Positions 1 to 9,624 are shown, counted from the first letter of the stretch. The stretch: 64,000 nucleotides of DNA from an uncultured Nitrososphaerota archaeon (GCA_963799845.1 CAWCYI010000006.1:1664001-1728000), one strand, 5' to 3'. The notes: generated by a model from the sequence alone, not told the origin. A program made the numbers and translations.

Positions 1-821
1 ACCCATGCGACAGAGAAGCTCGTTCCGTCCGTTGACAGTGCTGATGGTTGTGCTTTGATCGTAGATGCTGAGTTTTGGTCAACCATCGCGATAGAGTCGA
101 CCATGGAGCCGAATTTTGAAATTACTTTTGTAGTTCCCGAAATAGTTGCAGTATCGGTTCCCGTAACCAATGTGGTGTCTTTACCGAATGAGGCAGTACC
201 GAAATTAGGCAGAGACGAAAGGCTGCCACCCGCTAAAGTGAGAGCTTCTGCAATCCATTCAGCAGAGCTTCGATCTGTTCCGGGTGCTGCCGCTGATTTA
301 ATGAATGATTTGCCAGTTGTAACATCCTTAATCGTTGCCGTGAAGTTGGTTGTAGTTGCGGAATATTTTACACTGGCCGACATCTTGTCGCCGGGGTTGA
401 TTTTTAGTCTTGAAATAACTATCAGGGCAGCCGGATAGAATTCATACCATGCCCCGTATGAAGGTAATCCATTATAGCATTCTGCCATAGTACCAGTTTG
501 TTCTACTGTCAGTGAATTAGATCCATCTATGCCAACCCAGAATACCGCAGCCTCAATACCTGTAGCTGGACACGTCACGGCTGGCTGAACCCACGATCCT
601 TTTACTTCTGTTACCGACCCGACAGGAGCGTTGATCGCGTATCCAGCCCAATTAGAACTGGAAGAAGTAGTACTTGAATAAATTTTGACTATGCTTGCCG
701 GAGATGAAAACGAAGGAGCTGAGTTGTAACCACTCACTGGAGCGCTAAACGATGATATGCAAAAGCCCAGAATCATAAAGGAAGAAAGCAAAACTACGGA
801 ACGCCGAGGGTTCGGGAACAT
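1..821 (-). CDS. Secreted G1-family glutamic endopeptidase (peptidase A4/scytalidoglutamic type), 3' end outside window
   Basis: Not in the ORF track because it runs off the window. Manual translation from ATG at 821 gives a signal peptide, then SSSNWAGY, GSWVQP, FWVGIDG, VEQTGT, WYEFYP and RSSAEWIAE, the typical G1 motifs with catalytic Q and E. Confidence 0.88.
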   Translation of the reverse strand, partial: MFPNPRRSVVLLSSFMILGFCISSFSAPVSGYNSAPSFSSPASIVKIYSSTTSSSSNWAGYAINAPVGSVTEVKGSWVQPAVTCPATGIEAAVFWVGIDGSNSLTVEQTGTMAECYNGLPSYGAWYEFYPAALIVISRLKINPGDKMSASVKYSATTTNFTATIKDVTTGKSFIKSAAAPGTDRSSAEWIAEALTLAGGSLSSLPNFGTASFGKDTTLVTGTDTATISGTTKVISKFGSMVDSIAMVDQNSASTIKAQPSALSTDGTSFSVAW

Positions 822-976
822 TGTTCCTAGCGTTAACCTTTGAGGATAAATGGATTTGAACGATTTTTTCTTTTTGAAATCTCTCTGTATCGTTATCCGG
901 TATAACGCGATATATCGCTTGATCTAGTCTTAGATCGCAAATCAGCCAGCAAAAAATACTTGCTTTCAGAATATAG

Positions 977-1591
977 CTATTTCTTTTTTGACTTCTTTCT
1001 AATCACATTGCGTTTCGGAGTTTTCACAACAGTTTCCTGCTTCCTCCGGTTTCCAGCCATTGCATTTTCTATCGCGCCAACGAGCGTTTCAAACCGATAA
1101 TCACCGTTGTGCCTCAAATTGTTTATGAAAAACGTTGGCGTCCCGTTCACCCCGCTTCTGACTCCGCCCATGAAATCTGCGCGTATCCTCGGAAGATGGG
1201 CGTGGGTTGCGACCTCATTCTTGATCCTCGGGGCATCCATGCCGAGCTTTCCGGCGTATTGAAGAAAGAAGTCTTCATTCGAAAGGTACGCCTGATGCTC
1301 GTAGAGATAATCGTGCATCTCCCAGAATTTTCCTTGATCGGAGGCTGATTCGGCCATCTCGGCACCGAACTCGGCCCTCGGGTGAACTTCGGTAAGAGGA
1401 AAGTTTCTGAAAACAAATCGCAGATCAGATCCGAACTTGTCTTGAACCTTCTTCACGATTCCATAGGCTTCCCCGCAGTAAGGGCACTGATAATCGCCGT
1501 ACTCGAGCAGGGTCACCTTTGCATCTGGAGATCCCTGGATGTGATCTTTTTCGCCAACAGGTATCTTTAGACTGGGAGTGTGCTCACTCAT
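977..1591 (-). CDS. DsbA-like thioredoxin-fold protein
   Basis: EYGDYQCPYC, FRNFPL and GVNGTPTFFIN motifs; Lys/Arg-rich C-tail; overlaps the peroxiredoxin stop. Confidence 0.88.
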   Translation of the reverse strand: MSEHTPSLKIPVGEKDHIQGSPDAKVTLLEYGDYQCPYCGEAYGIVKKVQDKFGSDLRFVFRNFPLTEVHPRAEFGAEMAESASDQGKFWEMHDYLYEHQAYLSNEDFFLQYAGKLGMDAPRIKNEVATHAHLPRIRADFMGGVRSGVNGTPTFFINNLRHNGDYRFETLVGAIENAMAGNRRKQETVVKTPKRNVIRKKSKKK

Positions 1592-2124
1592 TGTGGAACG
1601 CCAGCTTCTTTCTTGTCCGGATAGATGCGCTCAAGAGCTTCCAGAATTCCATCTGCTCCGGGATTAACCCCATCTGGAGAGAGATAACTCCATCTGATCA
1701 CACCGTTGTGATCGATCACAAACAGCGCACGTTCAGATTCTCCAATGCGATTCTGGTAGGCTCCGTAAAGAGACGAGACCTTCCCTTTTGGTTCAAAGTC
1801 TGCGAGTAGGGGGAATCTGAGATTCCGATCCTTGGAGAAGGCAACGTGGGACCAGCTTCCGTCGACCGAAATCCCCAGAACCTCTGCGTTGAACCTCTGA
1901 AACTCGGGCAGGACTTGGTTGTACAGAGCCAACTGATCCGTGCAGACGGGGCTCCAATCAGCCGGATAAAAAGCCAGGATGACCGGACGTCCTCGAAAAT
2001 CGCTGAGGCTGACCCTCTGATCGGGGGTGCTGTGCAAGGAAAAATTGGGTGCTTTGGTTCCGGGCGGCAAAATCGTTTTCGTTTTCGGTGTTGAAACAGA
2101 TTTCTTGTTAGGCAATTGTTGCAA
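1588..2124 (-). CDS. 1-Cys peroxiredoxin (AhpC/TSA, AhpE-like)
   Basis: APNFSL, FYPADWSPVC, GISVD, ERALFVID motifs; single Cys. Confidence 0.88.
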   Translation of the reverse strand: MQQLPNKKSVSTPKTKTILPPGTKAPNFSLHSTPDQRVSLSDFRGRPVILAFYPADWSPVCTDQLALYNQVLPEFQRFNAEVLGISVDGSWSHVAFSKDRNLRFPLLADFEPKGKVSSLYGAYQNRIGESERALFVIDHNGVIRWSYLSPDGVNPGADGILEALERIYPDKKEAGVPQ

Positions 2125-2206
2125 TTTTGTAAGTTTCGGACTTTCTAAAATGCGTTATGGGTGAGTCGCCAATCGACCAATAGCTGCAAAAAACTACGAT
2201 AATTAC

Positions 2207-2226
2207 ATGATCTTTAAATCGATCAT
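2207..2226 (+). promoter_or_regulatory. TATA box (TTTAAA 2213-2218) flanked by inverted repeat ATGATC-N8-GATCAT upstream of dps
   Basis: Direct sequence reading; about 35-40 nt upstream of the dps start. Confidence 0.45.
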
Positions 2227-2252
2227 AGAATTTTCAACAGCTTGAACTAGCC

Positions 2253-2798
2253 TTGATGACTCAACAATCAAAAGAGAAAGAAGTAAAGTCGTATCCAGCG
2301 CCCGCCGAACTTGCAACGACAACCGATCTTACCCAGCAGGAAGTAAAGGCCGTTACGGAAGCCGTCAATCCCCTTGTTGCCGACGCCTTTGCACTGTACG
2401 TGAAAACGAAAAACTTTCACTGGCATCTGTCAGGATCTCACTTTCGCGATTTTCATTTGTTGTTTGACGAGCAAGCTGAACAGATTTTGGATTCCATCGA
2501 CACGATGGCGGAGCGGGTTCGTCGGGTTGGGGGCACGACGATTCGAAGCATCAGCCACGTAAGCCAATTGCAGACAATAGACGATGACAATAACGACATT
2601 GTCCCAGCCGGTGAAATGATCAGGCGCCTCCTTGAGGACAACGCACACATTGCAAAGAACATCCGTGATGCAATCGATGTCTGCGACCGGAGCCGAGACT
2701 CCTCTACGAGCAATGAGCTCCAAACAATACTTGACGAGACGGAGCGCCGCAAGTGGTTCCTTTTCGAGATCTCCCGCGGGATGGCGAATACAGACTAG
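2253..2798 (+). CDS. dps: Dps family DNA protection / ferritin-like protein
   Basis: LYVKTKNFHWHLSG-FRDFHLLFDEQ, DTMAERVRRVGG and ERRKWFL ferroxidase motifs. Confidence 0.93.
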   Translation: MMTQQSKEKEVKSYPAPAELATTTDLTQQEVKAVTEAVNPLVADAFALYVKTKNFHWHLSGSHFRDFHLLFDEQAEQILDSIDTMAERVRRVGGTTIRSISHVSQLQTIDDDNNDIVPAGEMIRRLLEDNAHIAKNIRDAIDVCDRSRDSSTSNELQTILDETERRKWFLFEISRGMANTD

Positions 2799-2807
2799 AG
2801 TCGTACG

Positions 2808-2841
2808 AAAAGCGGCGGATCAAAAACTCCGCCACTTTTTC
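2808..2841. terminator. GC hairpin with T-tracts on both sides between convergent genes
   Basis: AAAAG-C-GGCGGA-tcaaaaac-TCCGCC-A-CTTTTT between dps and DUF1512. Confidence 0.55.
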
Positions 2842-2857
2842 ATTCTTTTAGATTACC

Positions 2858-3998
2858 CTACGCAACGCCCAGGGTGTTTCCAATCCCGGCTACGATTATT
2901 GAAGCGCCTTCCGGCAATTCGCGGACGAGATTCAGGATTCTAGAGACTGTCGAGGGTACCTTATCCCTGACTTGGTTGGGGATTTCTGTTATCGCTTCCT
3001 TCTCTGACATTTTTGTTATAAGCGCGAGCATCTCGACCTGACGCGAAGCTGCGGTTTCTTCGATTCTGAACCTATCGGTTCCTGGCCCGCCTATCGCGGC
3101 TCCCACTCCTTCTGCCATCGAGCCTGTTTCCTCGCCTTCCAGTTTAAGCGAAGCATCGACAGTGAGGACGTATTTCACGCCGAGATCTTCCTGAAGCAGT
3201 TTCTGAATTGCTGCTCCTCAGCTTGCCTACGTTTCCTCCCGGGCCCTTTGCCTTCACAACATAAGCGACGTGATTCTGGTAGTTCAGTTTCGCAACCTCG
3301 GTGTCCTTGACGGGCTCGGTCCACATCGAATTCGCATCTACGGTCTTTACCAGTTCAGAGGCAACCAGAGGTCCGAATCCGTCACCGATGACCTTGCCAT
3401 TCGCAAATGCGCTCATCGCAGACGAGTATGCATCGGCCATTTCCATGATCTGCGGCATCATCATCTGTAGCTGTATGATCGAATACGTGCTCCCCTGTTT
3501 TGTGCCAGAGATGTAAAAGTGCCTAACGATTTTGAACATGTTGTTGAGGCCGACCGCTATTTCAGCGACATTTGAGAGCGTCTGGACCTCAGCTTCGTCT
3601 GCTTTCGGCGCAATCTTCCGGATTTCACTCTTCAGGTTTTCATCCGCGGAGTCAAGGATATGCTCCATCTTCGGGACAATACCAGTAGGATCCATGCTAA
3701 CTGGCGAAATCACGAAGCTGCCCAGAAGGCGATCTATCGATTGGCTGAGGAAAGCGGAGTCTTGATTGTCGCGATACTTTTTCAGAGAATCGACGAGCTT
3801 GCCCTGAGCCTCGATTCGCATCCGATCCAGTTTGGCTATCTGATTTTTAATTCCACGCTGCATGAATGATAGCTGGAATCGCTGGCCGTAAAGGAACAGC
3901 AATACGAAACCGCCGATATAAAATACGTTCACAAGTGTTGTAATGAATGACAAACTAATTGCCATGTAACGATCATAACGCACGTATTGGTCATCCAA
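2858..3998 (-). CDS. DUF1512 family protein, split by a frameshift near 3200 (probable start ATG 3965)
   Basis: SPVSMDPTGIVPKMEH, IGDGFGPLVA and KAKGPGGNVG in one frame; VDASLKLEGEETGS-AEGVGAAIGGPG and VAGIGNTLGVA in the next. Confidence 0.8.
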
Positions 3999-4133
3999 GC
4001 ATATAGGGATTGCAGGTCAAAGGCCCTATTCTCGGATATTGAAAGACTGTCCGATTAGAAAACTGCGCTTTTCCCAAATTTTACGCAGTAGGGAACAAAA
4101 GAGATTCTTGACAAGAATCTATTTCGGCAAAGA

Positions 4134-4466
4134 TTAACGTTTTTTCGCGGTCGTTATTATGTCGCCGTAAGCTCTCACAAAAAATTCCTGGGCCCTGGAC
4201 AGAGTCATTCGACCCTCCCTGGTAAGTTCGTATATCGTCGTCCGCCCCTCCGTCCTAACTTCCACTTGACCCTTGACCGAGAGTTCCTTGAGAGCAGGAT
4301 AAATCGTCCCGGGGTTTGGCTTTTCGCCCTTCCTCTTTCCGATCTCTTCGGCAAGCTCCTGGCCATACATTGGCCGACCCGAGAGTAGCCAGAGTATCAT
4401 GAAGGAGAGCATCCCGCGCATGTCGCATCCGACATTCTTATGCTCGCTTTCGGCAGTTCTTTTCAT
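4134..4466 (-). CDS. PadR family transcriptional regulator
   Basis: MYGQEL...PNPGTIYPALKEL...YELTREG winged-helix pattern. Confidence 0.88.
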   Translation of the reverse strand: MKRTAESEHKNVGCDMRGMLSFMILWLLSGRPMYGQELAEEIGKRKGEKPNPGTIYPALKELSVKGQVEVRTEGRTTIYELTREGRMTLSRAQEFFVRAYGDIITTAKKR

Positions 4467-4576
4467 TCTCAGGCGCTGTAAGACATTAGGTCATCGTCAC
4501 TGTTAAACCTATAGGCCCATTACTTGCGGGCGCTTATCGCATCGAACGCTTGTTCATGAAAATAGGGAGGTACTTT

Positions 4577-5365
4577 TCAGCTGATTAGCGCGAGCAGCTC
4601 GCCAGTGTGGTCACGAACGACGTGATTCAGAAATGCGACCGCAATCTCCGCCCGCAGACTCGGATCAGAGTCGAACGCCTTGTCTGCAAGCTCCAGACAC
4701 TTTTCACAATCGCTCATCGATTCTACTTTGGCGAGCTTCCTCAACGCATTCAGCTGCTTTTCGAAAAGCCTGCTCACTTTTCCGAGCCTCTCTTCCTGAT
4801 CTAGAGTTTCCAGCAGGTCGACTCTCTCTTCATGGGTGAACTCGGGAGAGTTGGCGCACAGGTCGGCGAGGTTTCCCGGCGAATCGGTGTGCCTCAGCAG
4901 GCTTACGATCTCGGCCGGAATCCCGGGAATGAGTTTCACAAACTCGTCGATCTGACCTTGAACTTTCTTCACCAGCAAAGACGAGTCGGATGAAGCAGGT
5001 ATGGCTGGTTCGTTAGCCCTTTCGAACAAAACCCGAGGATGGCCAGAAGATTCAACGAGTTTCTTTATGTGAATCCGCCACATCCCTTTCAGCTCCAGAT
5101 TGCTACCATCTCCAGTGGGGGCTGTCTCTGAACGCCTGACTATTGCGAGCGTACCGATCGCTCGAGCTTCGGACTTTGAAGCAGGGATGAAAGCGAGAAT
5201 CTGGTGCTTGCTCATCGCCTCGTTAAGCGCCGAGAGGTTTCTTCTCTCCTTGACTACAGTTACAATTTCCATTCCGGGAAATAACACCACCTCGTTTGAG
5301 AGGATCGCAGGGACCTCGTAGTCCTTGGAATCTGAGATTCCTTCCACTGTTCCATTGTTGCTCAT
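4577..5365 (-). CDS. Stand-alone Lon protease N-terminal substrate-binding domain protein with C-terminal CxxC...HxxxxH motif
   Basis: VVLFPGM, IGTLAIV, GMWRIHIK, PGNLADL, LLETLDQEERL resemble the LonA N-domain; no AAA or protease domain follows. Confidence 0.75.
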   Translation of the reverse strand: MSNNGTVEGISDSKDYEVPAILSNEVVLFPGMEIVTVVKERRNLSALNEAMSKHQILAFIPASKSEARAIGTLAIVRRSETAPTGDGSNLELKGMWRIHIKKLVESSGHPRVLFERANEPAIPASSDSSLLVKKVQGQIDEFVKLIPGIPAEIVSLLRHTDSPGNLADLCANSPEFTHEERVDLLETLDQEERLGKVSRLFEKQLNALRKLAKVESMSDCEKCLELADKAFDSDPSLRAEIAVAFLNHVVRDHTGELLALIS

Positions 5366-5573
5366 ATTTTACTCATCTAATTTTTTCAAAGGCCTAGGAT
5401 GAAAGTCGGGTTCTTGAAATGGGGGTTAAGGAAAACAAAAGATATATTGATATCGGATATCGGTCGTCCAATAAAGTGCTGATAATTTATTAGCTTTTGA
5501 TCGAGGGGTACATTTTCCCTCGAAGCCTGAAGCTCTTCGAGCTTTACGTTATTCTCGAAATCGAATGAAAGAC

Positions 5574-6305
5574 CTACTTTATCAGCAGGTGCGACTTGCC
5601 GAGATTGACTCCTTTGAATGCGGGATGAATCTCCACTGCCAGATTTCTCGAATCCGGCGGCGCCGATATAACCCAGGCGTAGCTTCCGCCCCTGAGCGAA
5701 GTATTGACGTGTGGGTGGTAACCCTTAGGAATCAAGACCGCGTCATAGTCATGAACGACATACGCTCTTTCGTCCTCGCCGTCAAGGATTAACTGCACAC
5801 CAAAGCCGGGATCCAGTCCGTAGAAGATGTACGCCTCGGGCTTGTCGTCGTGCTTGTGCGGCGGGTAGCTGCTCCATTCGCCTATCGAGTCTTCGACGTA
5901 GCCTGCGATGAATCGGTTTGCCGGATCGTTTTCCGTGATAGATTGGACCACAGTCCTCCTGAAGGTCGGCTGACCGATTTTCATTTTCTGGTCATCCACA
6001 TATCTTTTCACGTAGGGGGCGTATTTTTTCGATCCGATTGATTCAGCGATGAAGATTACGGAATCCGAGTTCGATTCGATTCTCGCGTCGTCTCCCAACG
6101 GCAGGTACATCATGTCTTTCTCCTCGAGTCGGGTGTCATTTACGGAAATTCCTCTACTGAGGCTGAAAATTAGGCGTTCCTTGTTGCTGATGCCCTTGAG
6201 GTCCAGATTAAAATTTCCGGCCGTCTTCAGGCAGTGGAGCGCAAACCCGTCGAGATCGAACATCTTGAACGGAGTGTTCAGCTGCGCTTTTGTCTTCGCA
6301 TGCAT
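5574..6305 (-). CDS. iolB: 5-deoxy-glucuronate isomerase IolB (KduI/IolB cupin)
   Basis: GEWSSYPPHKHD, GFGVQ and AVLIPKGYHP are IolB signature motifs. Confidence 0.82.
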   Translation of the reverse strand: MHAKTKAQLNTPFKMFDLDGFALHCLKTAGNFNLDLKGISNKERLIFSLSRGISVNDTRLEEKDMMYLPLGDDARIESNSDSVIFIAESIGSKKYAPYVKRYVDDQKMKIGQPTFRRTVVQSITENDPANRFIAGYVEDSIGEWSSYPPHKHDDKPEAYIFYGLDPGFGVQLILDGEDERAYVVHDYDAVLIPKGYHPHVNTSLRGGSYAWVISAPPDSRNLAVEIHPAFKGVNLGKSHLLIK

Positions 6306-7556
6306 CTAGAGAATTACCCTCGCGATCTTGTTGACTGCCTCGATGATGTCGCTTACTCCTTCTTCGGTGTCCATCGGACTCACGTCGATGTGAACCGCCC
6401 TGCCTAGAAGATCGAGACTGGGCGCTAGATCGCCCTTCGCGAGCTTGTCGACTCCCGGAATAAGGTGCCCCCACGCGGTGAAGATGTGCCCGTCGAACCG
6501 CTTCGGGTCGTACATGACACCCGGATACATTCCGCTGAGCCGCTTGATTCCTTCGGCCAAGATCGCGTCCCGGAAAATTCGTGCCTTTTCAGGCTTGTCA
6601 ACAAAGAATACCAATGCAACCCCGATTTCCCCTTGAGGATCTGGAAGCCTCCTAAATTCAATTCCGCTGATTCCCGAGATTCCCTTCTTGATCTTCGCCT
6701 TGTTTGATCTGACCTTCGCGATTATCTTGTCCTCTTTTTTCAGCTGGGCCCGCAGGACGGCGGAAGAAATTTCGTTTATCCGGTAGTTAACTCCCGGAAA
6801 CGGCTTGATCGAAAGTTTGGGCTCGTCAACCTCCCCTGTTCTGAACGGAGTGCCGACGTCGTGGAACATTAGCATCCTTTCGTAGACCATCCGGTCATCC
6901 GTTACAGCTGCACCACCCTCCCCGGCTGAGATCATTTTGTTGAGCTGGAAACTGAACGATCCGACATTGCCGATTGAGCCGAGCTTCTTGCCGTGATAAC
7001 TGCCGCCACCGCACTGCGCGACATCTTCCAGGAGCGCGATCCCGTGTTTCTTTGCAATCTTCGAGAGAGGATCCAGGTCGCTTGGTACTCCCCTTATGTG
7101 AACCGCCATTATCACTTTTGTCTTTTTGGTGATCTTCTTCTCCACGTCCTTCGGATCGAGAGTGAGAGAGTTGTCGATGTTTGCGAGAACTGGGGTACCT
7201 CGCGCAGCGACAATCGCGCTGGGACAAGAAACCCACGCGTACGCCGGAAGGATTACTTCGTCTCCCTCTTTTACCCCCAGCCCGATTAGAGTCGTATGCA
7301 GGGCGGCAGTCCCGGACGTGACGGCCAGAGCAAACTTTGTCCCGACGTATTCCCGGAACTCGTTTTCGAATTTGCCCGTGATATTCAGAAACTTTGGTCC
7401 GTAGAATCTGTAAGGCGACTGAGCCTTCAAGACTTCCATGACCGCGTCAACTTCAGCCTGATCAAAGTACGTAGCACCCGGATGCATGACCGGGAGTGGT
7501 TCTTTTCTTACTGGCTTGCCGCCGTACAGAGCGAGCGATTCCTTCGTAACTAACAT
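6306..7556 (-). CDS. DegT/DnrJ/EryC1/StrS PLP-dependent aminotransferase
   Basis: LALYGGKPV, VTSGTAALH, LEDVAQ, SFQLNK(PLP Lys)MISAGEGG; likely start ATG 7556; stop abuts the iolB start. Confidence 0.9.
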   Translation of the reverse strand: MLVTKESLALYGGKPVRKEPLPVMHPGATYFDQAEVDAVMEVLKAQSPYRFYGPKFLNITGKFENEFREYVGTKFALAVTSGTAALHTTLIGLGVKEGDEVILPAYAWVSCPSAIVAARGTPVLANIDNSLTLDPKDVEKKITKKTKVIMAVHIRGVPSDLDPLSKIAKKHGIALLEDVAQCGGGSYHGKKLGSIGNVGSFSFQLNKMISAGEGGAAVTDDRMVYERMLMFHDVGTPFRTGEVDEPKLSIKPFPGVNYRINEISSAVLRAQLKKEDKIIAKVRSNKAKIKKGISGISGIEFRRLPDPQGEIGVALVFFVDKPEKARIFRDAILAEGIKRLSGMYPGVMYDPKRFDGHIFTAWGHLIPGVDKLAKGDLAPSLDLLGRAVHIDVSPMDTEEGVSDIIEAVNKIARVIL

Positions 7557-7685
7557 GTCGGTTTCTGACACTCCGCAAAACTCCAGCCGATTTAAATGTA
7601 GTCCGCGGAATTGCCGCAGTTGGCTAACCAAACATTTTGTAGCCACCAAATCTTGAATGCAAAGGATTTGGTGGAAGTGTCTGAA

Positions 7686-8036
7686 TTACGGGCTCCCCTT
7701 GCTGATCCAGAAGATATTTCCATCCGGGTCTTCGAACATGGCGATCTCGCCGCCATCCTCTGTCTTCGTGTAGTCGAGTGAAAACTTTACTCCTTTGTTT
7801 TTGAGTTCCCCTACCTTCCGTTGAATTTCATCGGTGTAAAAGCAGATACCCGTATTCCCCGGTTCGAGATTTTCAGACTCGCAAAGATGCAGCTTCCAGG
7901 ACGCGCCCTTTTCCCCGGCCGTTACCCAGTGGTCGTCTTCCGTCGAGACCTCAAAGCCAAGTTTATCCCTGTACCACTCGGCCGACTTTTTCGCATCCGA
8001 GACCATGACAGCCACGCTGAAATAATTCGAGAACAT
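7686..8036 (-). CDS. VOC/glyoxalase family protein
   Basis: VAVMVSD..KSAEWYRDKLGF and FEDPDGNIF motifs. Confidence 0.85.
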   Translation of the reverse strand: MFSNYFSVAVMVSDAKKSAEWYRDKLGFEVSTEDDHWVTAGEKGASWKLHLCESENLEPGNTGICFYTDEIQRKVGELKNKGVKFSLDYTKTEDGGEIAMFEDPDGNIFWISKGSP

Positions 8037-8111
8037 GTCCCTTCAGAAGGCGGCCGGACTCTTTTCAGTCTTCCTTGCGGTTGGATCCCTTTTTCGGACA
8101 AGGCAAAGGTA

Positions 8112-8849
8112 TCATAGTAGCGTGTTGATGTATTCGAAACCCTTCTTGACAACGACATCTGGCAGCTGTCCTTCGAGCGCCTCAATTTCGAGCATCAGCT
8201 GACCCTTGTAACTGATTTCTTCAAGTTTGGCCACGACCGATCTCAGATCCAGTACGCCCTCGCCGGCGTTTACAAAATCCCGCTTGAACCTGATTCTTGA
8301 TTTCGGGAGCTTTGATTTCAGGTCCTTCAGGTGCACGAGCGCGACCCTCTTGCGGTATTTTCCGATGAGCTCGATCGCGTTCACACCCGCTCCAGCTCCG
8401 TGAGCAGTGTCAATGCAGAGCTTGAGGGTCGGGATAGCTTTCAGCGCCTGCTCGATCTGATCCTGTGTTTCAAACGAGCTCCGGAGCTCGTTGTGCAGAG
8501 CACTCGTAATTCCTACCTTGCTCGTACTCTTAGAAAAGTCCCGAAGGCGCCGCAGCGCAGCCGGGAGAGTTTTCTCCTTAACTGTAACCCAGAATAGCGG
8601 CGTCTTTGATACCTTCGCCCAAGCGATGTCGGACGTCCTCGTTCGCGAGTAAGCTCCTCCGTTCTCAAGGCCCACTCTTTTCACGATCTCATAAACCATT
8701 CCGGGATTGTGTTTTAATTCGTTCGGAATCAGTGCAAACTCTATTCCGACTCCATCGAATCCGGTATCCTTGATCGATTGGAGAATAGCTTCAAACTCTG
8801 AAACCGATTTGGTCTTTCCCCAGGGCATTGTTGTTACAGAGATCAGCAT
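8112..8849 (-). CDS. Sugar-phosphate isomerase/epimerase TIM barrel (IolE/IolI-like)
   Basis: GFDGVGIE, LHNE, CIDTAH, LVHLKD, GEGVLD, LMLEIE. Confidence 0.8.
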   Translation of the reverse strand: MLISVTTMPWGKTKSVSEFEAILQSIKDTGFDGVGIEFALIPNELKHNPGMVYEIVKRVGLENGGAYSRTRTSDIAWAKVSKTPLFWVTVKEKTLPAALRRLRDFSKSTSKVGITSALHNELRSSFETQDQIEQALKAIPTLKLCIDTAHGAGAGVNAIELIGKYRKRVALVHLKDLKSKLPKSRIRFKRDFVNAGEGVLDLRSVVAKLEEISYKGQLMLEIEALEGQLPDVVVKKGFEYINTLL

Positions 8850-9220
8850 TTCTTTAGGATCATGACCTACCCTCGGTCAATTTAAGCGTACGCCAAATTA
8901 TGCAAAATGCAGAATGAACAGAGTTGCTATGTGACAACAATCGTATGAGTGTGTCAACCGTACTGTGAAGGAAAAGAATCAAGGAGGGAACAGAGAGGCT
9001 GGAAAAGCTGGAAATCTCAGATTGCAGAAGGACAACGGATTCACTATAACTTTGTGAAACTGCATGTGGCATTAAAGGACAGACACCAGCTCAACGGGCC
9101 AGAATCCAAATTCAGTCCAAGAATAAATGGTTAGATTTACTTTCAAACAGTATGGCGTAACACCATACAATACGGTACAACATGGTACACTTTCAATAAG
9201 GTCGAAAAATCGGCCTAAAT

Positions 9221-9469
9221 ATGAAAGTGGTCTTTTCCTTCTTTATGATCGTCAAACTAACGATACGAAATCTGCTTAAGAATTTCGACATAATAGGATT
9301 CGTGAACAAAGAAGAAAATACAAATCCGAGCAAATCTTCAGTGGAAATAAAATTGGCAGAGGGGCTTGATGAAATAGGGACTAAGATTGACGCAGAACTA
9401 GGCTCAACTCATGCAGTTCTAAAGCTAATTTCTATCGAGCAAATAAGGGAAGATAAGCATCACTGCTAA
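9221..9469 (+). CDS. Small hypothetical protein
   Basis: 82-aa ATG ORF in an AT-rich intergenic stretch; no motif recognised. Confidence 0.25.
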   Translation: MKVVFSFFMIVKLTIRNLLKNFDIIGFVNKEENTNPSKSSVEIKLAEGLDEIGTKIDAELGSTHAVLKLISIEQIREDKHHC

Positions 9470-9497
9470 AAATCACCCACTAGATTGAACAGAACCC

Positions 9498-9522
9498 GAA
9501 TTTCTTTCTTTAAGAATCAATG
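9498..9522 (+). repeat. Dispersed 25-bp motif, copy 1 (GAATTTCTTTCTTTAAGAATCAATG)
   Basis: 24/25 identical to 48692-48716. Confidence 0.6.
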
Positions 9523-9624
9523 AAAACACGCAATCAAACTCTACTTCTACCAGATGCGATCCGATCAGACAATTGCTTGGGATAGGCTTAACTCCCCTCT
9601 TTCAAATCGGCGTTTGAAGAGCAA

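Noticed and set aside
55-438. 127-aa plus-strand ORF
   Set aside because: Antisense shadow of the G1 peptidase.
8860-9134. Two short ORFs (70 and 61 aa) between the IolE-like genes
   Set aside because: No motifs, overlapping on opposite strands; cannot be supported.
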